Shown: positions 52,291 through 64,000 of the stretch, piece after piece
Numbering within the stretch: the first letter of the stretch is position 1
Layout of the letters: each line of letters opens with the position of its first letter
NCBI GenBank assembly: GCA_965279525.1
Contig: CBDIIB010000005.1
Location: 448,001 to 512,000 of the forward strand
Origin: Tagaea sp.
Lineage (GTDB): Bacteria; Pseudomonadota; Alphaproteobacteria; CACIAM-22H2
Reading direction: 5' to 3'
DNA: 64,000 nucleotides
Made by a program: the position numbers and the translations under genes
The notes under the pieces: generated by a model
What the model saw: only the letters and a program-made list of their open reading frames with translations
Databases searched by the model: none
Told to the model about the DNA's origin: nothing

Positions 52291-53215
52291 TCGTCGAGAT
52301 CACGACCGGCGACAGAACGGTCGAGATCAGGATGGTGGCCGACGCGCGCTCGACGAACTGCTTGTATTGCTGGGCGAGCACGAAGCACAGGGCCGCCGTC
52401 GGCAGCGAGGCGAGGATGACGGCCGAGCCGCGCCAGAACGCGTCGAGCCCGAAATAGCCGGCAAGCCACCAGGTGGCCAGCGGCTGGACGATCAGCTTCA
52501 CGTAGACGAGCCAGCCCACTTCCGCGAGCTTCCTGCCGCCCACCAGCGTGCGCAGCGAGCGCGTGGAAAGGAACAGGCCGATGGCGAACAGGGCCGCAGG
52601 CCCGGCCGCCGCCCCCAGCAGCTCGCCGAAGTTCGACAGCGGCTTTGGCATCGGCAGGCCCGAGACGTTGAAGGCGAGGCCCGACAGCGGGGCGACGATC
52701 AGCGGGCTGGTCGCCAGCCCCTTCAGCACCTTGCCGAATGCCCTGAACGCACCGCCCTGCCCGGCGAGATCGGCCTCGACGATGATCACGGTCGTGGCGA
52801 CAAGCAGCAACGTGTAGCTGACCGTGGCGATGACGGCGGGCAGCACACCTTCGGGCCCGAAAGCGGCGAGGAACAGCGGAATGCCCATGTACCCGGCGTT
52901 CGAGAACGTGCCACTGAGCAGGGCGAGGGCGACAACCGCCGGCCGGTCGCGGAACGCGATCACGCCGACGACAAGGGCGATCAGCCACGTGATGGCGACA
53001 CCGCCCATGAAGGTCGCGATGAACGGAAGATTGAAGACCTGGTCGAGCGGAACGCGCGCCGGCCCCAGGAAAAGCACGGGCGGCAAGGCGAACCAGTAGC
53101 AGAACTTGTTGAGCGCGTCGGAGCTGTCCGGCCCGAGCAGCTTGATGCGGCCCGAGAAATACCCCGTCAGGATGATTCCGAAGACCGGCAGGATGACGTC
53201 GAAGATCGCGCGCAT
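52256..53215 (-). CDS. AEC family transporter
   Basis: About 10 TMs; FSNAGYMGIP, VKLIVQP, LPTA. Confidence 0.9.
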   Translation of the reverse strand: MRAIFDVILPVFGIILTGYFSGRIKLLGPDSSDALNKFCYWFALPPVLFLGPARVPLDQVFNLPFIATFMGGVAITWLIALVVGVIAFRDRPAVVALALLSGTFSNAGYMGIPLFLAAFGPEGVLPAVIATVSYTLLLVATTVIIVEADLAGQGGAFRAFGKVLKGLATSPLIVAPLSGLAFNVSGLPMPKPLSNFGELLGAAAGPAALFAIGLFLSTRSLRTLVGGRKLAEVGWLVYVKLIVQPLATWWLAGYFGLDAFWRGSAVILASLPTAALCFVLAQQYKQFVERASATILISTVLSPVVISTIMILFEGIRPN

Positions 53216-53348
53216 GGCAGGGGGCGGAAGCTACAAGCGGCCGGTTGCGCCGTCCAGAAGTCCCTGCCGCGGCCCCGCGGCAATTCGTCCCGCCGGCCGG
53301 CGCCGGGATGTGCGAATATCAGTCTTCTCTAAAATATGGGGTCGGATC

Positions 53349-53537
53349 ATGGGTATGAATGTCGGCGGCATCGACCGCATCCTGCGCGCCGTCGCGGGCC
53401 TGTTCATCCTGTCGCTTTACTTCTGGGGGCCGCAGAGCCCGTGGGCGCTGGTCGGTCTCGTGCCGCTCGCCACGGCGATATTCCGCTTCTGCCCGGCCTA
53501 TACGCTGCTGGGCATCAAGACCTGCCGGACCGGCTGA
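53349..53537 (+). CDS. DUF2892 (YgaP-like TM) protein
   Basis: NVGGIDRILR, FCPAYTLLGIKTC. Confidence 0.88.
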   Translation: MGMNVGGIDRILRAVAGLFILSLYFWGPQSPWALVGLVPLATAIFRFCPAYTLLGIKTCRTG

Positions 53538-53573
53538 AAAAGAAAAAGGGCCGCGGCATGCACCGCGGCCCTT
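53536..53573 (-). terminator. Intrinsic terminator of groEL
   Basis: AAGGGCCGCGG-catgca-CCGCGGCCCTT with a U-rich tail on the minus strand. Confidence 0.8.
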
Positions 53574-53600
53574 CCCGTTCGTTCCGGACGCAAGAGCGGC

Positions 53601-55253
<1,653 letters not shown>

Positions 55254-55571
55254 TCAGGCGGCCTTCTTGGCCGAACCGGCAGCGCCTTCCAGCGTGCCGA
55301 GAATGTCGCTCTCCTTCATGATCAGGAGATCTTCGCCGTCGATCTTCACTTCCGTGCCCGACCACTTGCCGAACAGGACGCGGTCGCCGGCCTTGACCGA
55401 CATGGCGACCAGCTCGCCCTTCTCGTTGCGTGCACCAGGGCCGACGGCGACGACCTGCGCTTCCATCGGCTTTTCCTTGGCGGTGTCGGGGATGATGATT
55501 CCGCCCGCGGTCTTCGAGACTTCGTCGATCCGGCGGACGAGAACGCGGTCATGGAGCGGCTTGAACTTCAT
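55254..55571 (-). CDS. groS: Co-chaperonin GroES
   Basis: [24 protein letters not shown]. Confidence 0.99.
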   Translation of the reverse strand: MKFKPLHDRVLVRRIDEVSKTAGGIIIPDTAKEKPMEAQVVAVGPGARNEKGELVAMSVKAGDRVLFGKWSGTEVKIDGEDLLIMKESDILGTLEGAAGSAKKAA

Positions 55572-55593
55572 AGGTGCGTGTCTCCCGTTTGAA

Positions 55594-55620
55594 TTGGCAC
55601 TCGCCCGAAGCGAGTGCCAG
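55594..55620. promoter_or_regulatory. CIRCE element (HrcA operator)
   Basis: TTGGCACTC-N9-GAGTGCCAG versus consensus TTAGCACTC-N9-GAGTGCTAA. Confidence 0.9.
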
Positions 55621-55622
55621 CC

Positions 55623-55651
55623 AGATAGGGAAATCGGGAAAATCCGTCAAG
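55623..55651 (-). promoter_or_regulatory. RpoH (sigma32)-like promoter of groESL
   Basis: CTTGAC...CCTATCT on the minus strand directly upstream of the CIRCE. Confidence 0.65.
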
Positions 55652-55658
55652 GGGTTTG

Positions 55659-55685
55659 GCAGCACTCGCCGCATGAGGCTGCTAA
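55659..55685. promoter_or_regulatory. Second, degenerate CIRCE
   Basis: Minus strand TTAGCAGCC-N9-GAGTGCTGC, 7/9 match per arm with exact spacing. Confidence 0.55.
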
Positions 55686-55781
55686 GACACTGGAATAACA
55701 GTTGAAACCGGCACGTTCCTTGCGAGACGCTGGATGTGCCGATTCGATCCGGCAAGCAAGCGAAGGGAGGGTGTGCAGCAC

Positions 55782-56045
55782 ATGTCCGACTTCGAGCGCC
55801 AACTGGCTGACTATCGGATTACCACCGCCGAGATCCTTTACCGGATGCCCGACCATCCGGCCTTCCTGCAGACATATCTCTGGCAGGACCTCGACATCGC
55901 CCCGGAATTTCCGGTGCTCAAGAAGTTCCTCGATTTCTGGGAGCGCAATCTCGACGGCAAGCTCTTCAAGGTGCGCGTCGCGCACAGCGAGCTCATCAAG
56001 CCCGCCGAGTTCCGCCTGAACGCGAGCCTGATGACGCTGCACTAG
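55782..56045 (+). CDS. usg: Usg family protein
   Basis: YRITTAEILYRMPDHP..LQTYLWQDLDIAPEFP..FLDFW. Confidence 0.92.
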   Translation: MSDFERQLADYRITTAEILYRMPDHPAFLQTYLWQDLDIAPEFPVLKKFLDFWERNLDGKLFKVRVAHSELIKPAEFRLNASLMTLH

Positions 56046-56073
56046 AAGGCGGGGGCACTAGGTCGAAGAGCGG

Positions 56074-56667
56074 CTAGGGCAGCTTCTCGACGGCAAGACC
56101 GACCGTCACGGCGCCGATCGGCTTGCCGTCGGCCGGATCGACGACGGCACCGCTGATCTGCGCGATGAAGGCCTTGCTGCTCTCGTCGAAATCGACGTCG
56201 TCCACGAATATGGCCGCCGGCCCGATCAGGAAGGTCTTCTGCCATTTCGCCTCGTCGCCCTGCATGTAGTCCGACGTGACGTCGGCCTGGGCGACGTTCA
56301 GGCCCTTGTTGTCCATCAAGAACAGCTCGACCACCATGCCGGCACTGGCCTGCTTGAAAGCCTTCAGCTTGGCCGACAGCGGACGGCCCAGCAGGTCGTC
56401 GACGAGCGGCCCCTTGCCGCCGGCTTTCGCCTCGGCCCGCCATTGCTTGTCGAGCACGTCGATCTTCGCGGCGTCGAGATCGGCATGCCTGGCGTTCTGC
56501 GCCTTGATGAGCGCCACCACTTCGGGATCGGCCAGCAGGGGCTTGATCTTCGCGTCGTAGTACGCGCGCATCTGCTTGTCGAAGTCGTTGGCTTGCGCCG
56601 TCGGGACGGACAGGGCCGCGAGCGCCATGCCGGCGATCGCGAGGACGAACAGGGCGGGTTTGCGCAT
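56074..56667 (-). CDS. Stand-alone periplasmic Cache/PDC-like protein
   Basis: Signal peptide; ELFLMDNKGLNVAQ, TSDYMQGDEAKW, PIGAVTVG; no TM anchor or output domain. Confidence 0.78.
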   Translation of the reverse strand: MRKPALFVLAIAGMALAALSVPTAQANDFDKQMRAYYDAKIKPLLADPEVVALIKAQNARHADLDAAKIDVLDKQWRAEAKAGGKGPLVDDLLGRPLSAKLKAFKQASAGMVVELFLMDNKGLNVAQADVTSDYMQGDEAKWQKTFLIGPAAIFVDDVDFDESSKAFIAQISGAVVDPADGKPIGAVTVGLAVEKLP

Positions 56668-56789
56668 CTCTAATCTCCGGTCAGTCGTTGTTTGTAGTTC
56701 GATCAATGCTGTTAACTCGATCTATACGATCCGCAATGTAAATTTGCAGTTAACGTCATGTCATACAATCATCGATACAGGATCATGGA

Positions 56790-59122
<2,333 letters not shown>

Positions 59123-59126
<4 letters not shown>

Positions 59127-59824
59127 ATTTCGAGGAACTCGGCGCGCACGCGCGCGTCTTCCGTCAGTGCCGCCATCGTGCCTTCATAGCGGCTGCGGCC
59201 CTTCTCGACGATGTAGGCCCGGTCGGCGACCGCCTTGGCGAAATGCAGGTTCTGCTCGCACAGCAGCACCGAGATCCCCTCCGCCTTCAGCGTATGGATC
59301 GTGCGTGCCATTTCCTCGACGATGACGGGGGCAAGGCCTTCCGACGGCTCGTCGAGAAGGACAAGGCGCGGATTGCCCATCAGCGTGCGCGCGATCGTCA
59401 GCATCTGCTGCTCGCCGCCCGACATGCGCCCGCCCGGCCGGTCGCGCATGGCGCCCAGATTGGGGAACAGGTCGAACAGCCGCTCGGGCGTCCACGAACG
59501 CGCACCCTCGCGCGCGGCCCGGCGTCCGACTTCGAGATTCTCCATCACCGTAAGGTCGGTGAAGATGCGCCTGTCCTCGGGCACGTAGCCGATCCCGAGC
59601 CGCGCGATGCGGTAAGGCGCCATGCGTTCGATGCGGGTACCCTCGAACGCGACCGTTCCGCCGGCCAGCGTCACCAGACCCAGGATCGACTTCAGCGTCG
59701 TCGACTTGCCGGCGCCGTTGCGCCCGAGGAGTGCGACGACCTCGCCCGCCGCCACGCGCAGCGACATGCCGAACAGCACCTGCGCGCGGCCATAGAAACC
59801 GTCGAGGCCTTCGGCGACCAGCAT
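59123..59824 (-). CDS. Branched-chain-type ABC ATPase (LivF-like)
   Basis: [28 protein letters not shown]. Confidence 0.93.
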
Positions 59825-60570
59825 CAGCGTTCCCCCGCGCCGAGATAGACCGCGCGCACCCGCGCGTCGGCGCGGACCTGTGCGGGGCTTCCCGTCGCGA
59901 TCAGCTCGCCGCGATCGAGCACGATCAGCCGGTCGGCATGCGCGAACACGGCATCCATGTCGTGCTCGGTGAACAGCACGGCGATGGCGTCTTTGCGCGC
60001 CAGCGTGGCGATCAACTCCATCAGGGCGCGCCTTTCGCCCGGCGCCATGCCGGCTGTCGGCTCGTCCATCAGCAGCAGGCGCGGCCGGTTGGCCAGCGCC
60101 ACCGCCAGCTCGACGCGTTTGAGGTCGCCGTAAGCGAGGATGCCGCAGGCACGCCCGGCCTGATCGGCGATCCCGACGCGCTCGAGAAGGGCCATCGCCT
60201 CGTCGCGGAAATACGACGAAGCCGGCCGCCAGAAGCGCAGCAGGCCGCCGGCCGCCGACAGCAGCGCCATCTGGACGTTCTCGCGCACGCTCATCGAGCC
60301 GAACGTCGCGGTGATCTGGAACGTCCGGCCCACGCCCATGCGCCAGATCGCGGGCGGTGCAAGGCCCACGAGGCTTGCACCGGCCAGCGTCACGCTTCCC
60401 GCATCGGGCCGAAGCTGGCCGTTGAGGATGTTGAAGCACGTGCTTTTCCCGGCCCCGTTCGGGCCGATCATCGCCAGCATCTCGCCGGCCGCGAGCGAGA
60501 AGCCGACGCCGCGCAGCGCCTGCACGCCGCCGAACGACTTCTCCAGGCCGCTAGCTTCCAGCACGGTCAT
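59824..60570 (-). CDS. Branched-chain-type ABC ATPase (LivG-like)
   Basis: GPNGAGKST, RTFQ, DEPTAG, TEHDMD. Confidence 0.93.
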   Translation of the reverse strand: MTVLEASGLEKSFGGVQALRGVGFSLAAGEMLAMIGPNGAGKSTCFNILNGQLRPDAGSVTLAGASLVGLAPPAIWRMGVGRTFQITATFGSMSVRENVQMALLSAAGGLLRFWRPASSYFRDEAMALLERVGIADQAGRACGILAYGDLKRVELAVALANRPRLLLMDEPTAGMAPGERRALMELIATLARKDAIAVLFTEHDMDAVFAHADRLIVLDRGELIATGSPAQVRADARVRAVYLGAGER

Positions 60571-62441
60571 CGGGCCGCACCCGCCAGGCGCTTCATCGCG
60601 CCCGCGATCCCCATCGGGAAGACGAGGACGATGGCAAGGATCGTGAAGCCGAGGACCGCGCGCCAATAGTCGGTCGCGCGCGCGATCTCGTCCTGCAGCA
60701 GCGTGAAGGCGGCGGCCCCCAGCACCGGGCCGGTCAGCGTCTGCACGCCGCCCAGCAGCACCATCACGAGCCCGTCGACCGAGCGCGTCACGCCGAGCGT
60801 TTCGGGCGAAATACTGCCCTTCGAGAACGCGTAGAGCCCGCCCGCAAGCCCGGCGAAAGCACCGGCGATGGCGAAACCGAACCACTGGATGCGGCGCCGG
60901 TCGATGCCGATCGCCTCGGCCCGCAGGCTCGAATCGCGTGCCGCGCGCAGCGCGTAGCCGAAGGGCGCCACGACCATCCGCCACAGCACGAAGATGCTCC
61001 CGGCACTCAGCGCCAACACGAACCAGTAGAACGCGATGCGGTCCTTGAGCCAATCCTGCGGCCACAGGCCGACAAGACCGTTCGAACCGCCGGTCAGCCC
61101 GTCCCACTGGAAGACGACCGACCAGGCGATCTGCGCGAAGGCGAGCGTGAGCATCGCAAGATAGACGCCCGAGAGCCGCACGCAGAACCAGCCGAACAGC
61201 AAGGCCGCCGCCGCACCCAGCGCCGGGGCTGCCAGCAGGGCGGCACCGGCCGGCCAGCCAAGCTTCAGGAACACGAGGGCCGCCGCGTAGCTGCCGAGGC
61301 CGAAATAGGCGGCGTGCCCGAACGACACCATGCCCGCCGGTCCCATCAGGAAATGGAGCGTGGCGGCGAACAGCGCGAAGATCGCGATGTCGATCAGCAG
61401 CACGAGCGCATAGCCGTTCCCGCCGAGCGGGACCAGCGCCAGCAGCACAAGCACCAGCAGCACCGACGGCCAGAACGGCCGGCCGGGCGGGACGAACAGC
61501 GGTTCCGCGGTGGCGGCCCCACGCGCGTGCGCCTGCGGCCGGCCGAGCAGGCCCCACGGGCGCAGCACGAGGACGACCGCCATGATCGCGAATTCGACGA
61601 CCAGCGTGAGCTTGCTGAACGACAGCACGGTGCCGAAGACACTTACGTCGCCGACGGCGATGCACAGCGCCTTCACCTGCGCGATCAGCAAGGCCGCAAG
61701 GAAGGCGCCGCCGATCGATCCCATGCCGCCCACGACCACGACGACGAACGCGTCGGAGATGGTCGAGAAATCGAGCGCGAGATTCGCCGGCTCGCGCGGA
61801 AGCTGCAGGGCGCCGCCGAGCCCGGCGAGGAAAGCGCCCAGAAAGAACACGCCGGTGAACAGCCGCGCCTGGTCCACGCCCAGTGCCGCGACCATCTCGC
61901 GGTCCTGCGTGGCCGCGCGCACCAGCGTTCCCCACCGCGTGCGGTTCATCAGCAGCCACAGCAGGCCCAGCACCGCCGGCCCGATCGCGATCAGCAGCAG
62001 GTCGTATTCCGGCACGCGCCGCCCGAGGATCTCGACTGCCCCGCGCAGGCCGGGCGCGCGTGGGCCCAGCAGGTCCTCGGCACCCCAGAAATAGAGAACG
62101 ACGTCCTTGACGACGAGCGCGAGCGCGAAGGTCGCGAGCAGCTGGAACATCTCGGGTGCCCGGTAGATGCGCCGCAGGACCAGCGTTTCGATCAGGACGC
62201 CGACGAGACCGGCAGCAAGTGCGGCGCACAGCACGCCACCCCAGAATCCAAGCACCGAGCCGCGGCCGAAGTAGCCCACGAAGCTCCACGCGAAATACAT
62301 GCCGAGCATGAACAGCGAGCCATGCGCGAAATTGACGATCCGGCTGACGCCGAAAATGATCGACAGCCCGGCCGCGACGAGGAACAGCGACGAAGCACCG
62401 GCCAGCCCGTTGAGGAACTGGATGACGACGTTCGCCGTCAT
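60567..62441 (-). CDS. Fused LivH-LivM type ABC permease
   Basis: LivH half (NFAHGS, VVVGGMGS) followed by a LivM half (SFGHAAYFG, YLAMLTLAF, GGSNG) in one frame. Confidence 0.9.
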   Translation of the reverse strand: MTANVVIQFLNGLAGASSLFLVAAGLSIIFGVSRIVNFAHGSLFMLGMYFAWSFVGYFGRGSVLGFWGGVLCAALAAGLVGVLIETLVLRRIYRAPEMFQLLATFALALVVKDVVLYFWGAEDLLGPRAPGLRGAVEILGRRVPEYDLLLIAIGPAVLGLLWLLMNRTRWGTLVRAATQDREMVAALGVDQARLFTGVFFLGAFLAGLGGALQLPREPANLALDFSTISDAFVVVVVGGMGSIGGAFLAALLIAQVKALCIAVGDVSVFGTVLSFSKLTLVVEFAIMAVVLVLRPWGLLGRPQAHARGAATAEPLFVPPGRPFWPSVLLVLVLLALVPLGGNGYALVLLIDIAIFALFAATLHFLMGPAGMVSFGHAAYFGLGSYAAALVFLKLGWPAGAALLAAPALGAAAALLFGWFCVRLSGVYLAMLTLAFAQIAWSVVFQWDGLTGGSNGLVGLWPQDWLKDRIAFYWFVLALSAGSIFVLWRMVVAPFGYALRAARDSSLRAEAIGIDRRRIQWFGFAIAGAFAGLAGGLYAFSKGSISPETLGVTRSVDGLVMVLLGGVQTLTGPVLGAAAFTLLQDEIARATDYWRAVLGFTILAIVLVFPMGIAGAMKRLAGAAR

Positions 62442-62465
62442 GCGCGCAGTACCGAGGGGCGGGCC

Positions 62466-63668
62466 CTACTCGGCCGGCCGCATCTTCGCGACGTCGGCGT
62501 CCGAGGGGAGGAATTTCGCGCCGTCGGCGTAGCTCCAGTCGACCATCGTGCCCTTGCCGTCCTTGAGGCCGACGCGCCCGACATAGGCACCCATCGTCGA
62601 CTGGTGATCCTGCCGGCGGTAGGTGATCTCGCCGAACGGCGTGGAATGGGTCAGGCCCTTCATCGCTTCGACCAGCTTCTCGCTGTCGAGCGAGCCCGCC
62701 TTGCGGATCGCGGCAGCCGCACTCAGCACGGTCGAATAGCCGACGATGGACCCCAGGCGCGGATAGTCGCGGAACTTCGCCTGGTAGGCGGCAAGGAACT
62801 TCGCGTGCTCGGGCGTGCGGATGTCCTGCCAGGGATAGCCGGTCACGTACCAGCCGACGGGTGCCTCGTCGAGCAGCGGGTCGAGATACTCGGGCTCGCC
62901 GCCCAGGATGTTGAAGACCTCGACGCCCTTGAACAGGCCGCGCGTCGTTCCCTCGCGCACGAACTTGGCAAGGTCGGGACCGAACAGCGAGGAGAAGATC
63001 GCATCGGGCTTGGCCGCCGCGATCGCGTCGGCGACGGGGCCGGCCTCGATGCGGCCAAGGGGCGTTGCCTGCTCGATCACGAACTCGACGTCGGGCTGGC
63101 GCTCCTTGATCAGCTGCTTGAAGGCCGCGGTCGCCGACTGGCCGTATTCATAGTTCGGATAGACGATGGCCCAGCGCTTCTTCGCGAGCTTCGCCGCTTC
63201 GGGCACCAGCATCGCGGTCTGCATGTAGGTCGAGGCGCGCAGGCGGAACGTGTAGCGGTTGCCCTGGTCCCAGACGATCTTGTCGGTCAGCGGCTCGGCG
63301 GCGATGAACAGCACCTTGCGTTCCTTGGCGAAGCTCGCCACGGCGAGACCCACGTTGGACGGGAACGTGCCGATCAGGAACGCGGCCTTCTCGCGCGTCA
63401 GCAGCTCTTCGGCCACGCGCACCGCATCGCCCGGCTGGCCGTTGTCGTCGCGGCTGACGATCTCGATCCTGCGCCCCAGCACGCCGCCGGCGGCGTTGAT
63501 CTCCTCGACCGCCAGATCCATGCCCTTCTTGTAGGGCTCGAGGAAGGCGGCGAAGACCTTGTAGGAGTTCATCTCGCCGATCCGGATCGGCTCCTGCGCC
63601 CCGGCGAGCGGCGACCAGCCGGCGAATGCGGCGGCAGCGGCCAGACTCAGCAACATCCTGCGATCCAT
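62466..63668 (-). CDS. Branched-chain-type ABC substrate-binding protein
   Basis: DRRMLL signal; LAVEEINAAGGVLGR, YTFR, NYEYGQS. Confidence 0.92.
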   Translation of the reverse strand: MDRRMLLSLAAAAAFAGWSPLAGAQEPIRIGEMNSYKVFAAFLEPYKKGMDLAVEEINAAGGVLGRRIEIVSRDDNGQPGDAVRVAEELLTREKAAFLIGTFPSNVGLAVASFAKERKVLFIAAEPLTDKIVWDQGNRYTFRLRASTYMQTAMLVPEAAKLAKKRWAIVYPNYEYGQSATAAFKQLIKERQPDVEFVIEQATPLGRIEAGPVADAIAAAKPDAIFSSLFGPDLAKFVREGTTRGLFKGVEVFNILGGEPEYLDPLLDEAPVGWYVTGYPWQDIRTPEHAKFLAAYQAKFRDYPRLGSIVGYSTVLSAAAAIRKAGSLDSEKLVEAMKGLTHSTPFGEITYRRQDHQSTMGAYVGRVGLKDGKGTMVDWSYADGAKFLPSDADVAKMRPAE

Positions 63669-63778
63669 TTCCGCCTCCTCGAGGGTACCGGCGCGTCCGA
63701 CGCGCCGGGTAAGTAGATGCACTTCCGGCCGCACTTTTCAATGCGGCCGGCCACATGACAACACGCCGGCAGGCCCGC

Positions 63779-64000
63779 CTATTCCGCCGCCTGGCGCAGT
63801 TCGAGCCGCTTCAGCGCGCGGTCGATCCACTGGGCGGCGAGCTTTTCCTGCAACGCGTTCTGGCCCAGACGCGCCGAAAGGCCGGCGAAATCGACCCGGT
63901 CGAGATCCTGGTCCTGGTCGAAGCACGAGAAGACGACCGTCTGCTTTCCGGTTACCGGATCGCGGTGCGGCTGCAGGCACTGGGCGCAGATCTCCTTCAT
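63779..64000 (-). CDS. C-terminal fragment of a large FAD/Fe-S pyridine nucleotide oxidoreductase (gene starts beyond the window)
   Basis: MKEICAQCLQ..FSCFDQDQ Cys pattern like a PyrK-type Fe-S binding tail; the ORF runs off the window edge. Confidence 0.65.
   Translation of the reverse strand: MKEICAQCLQPHRDPVTGKQTVVFSCFDQDQDLDRVDFAGLSARLGQNALQEKLAAQWIDRALKRLELRQAAE

Overview
GC-rich alphaproteobacterial chromosome segment, probably Rhodospirillales-like (inferred from class I LysRS, usg next to groES, the ileS-lspA-DUF3035-M16-M16-mutL order and several PAS_5 proteins). The left third is accessory. It holds a CoA-transferase/enoyl-CoA hydratase/GntR/ABC operon divergent from an iorA-iorB-soxX-soxY'-soxZ-soxA operon, whose SoxY has a non-canonical AACVEG arm, with no soxB/soxCD in the window. 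Next come a signalling patch (MCP, PAS_5 proteins, a DHp-only protein, a NarL regulator, a hybrid kinase), an ALDH, a frameshifted cysteine hydrolase and tRNA-Ser(GGA). The rest is mostly housekeeping (lepA, mutL, pgi, lspA, ileS, pheST, rplT, rpmI, cspA, infC, glycosyltransferases, lysS, DinG helicase, groESL, usg), ending in a Cache-like protein/MCP pair and a branched-chain-type ABC transporter. No CRISPR array, integrase or transposase was seen. The best leads are the molybdoenzyme-coupled non-canonical Sox operon, the structured ileS leader and its neighbouring phased TGACGG repeat cluster, a possible phosphorelay via the DHp-only protein, and a probable CUG start codon. Family assignments come from reading motifs, not from database searches.
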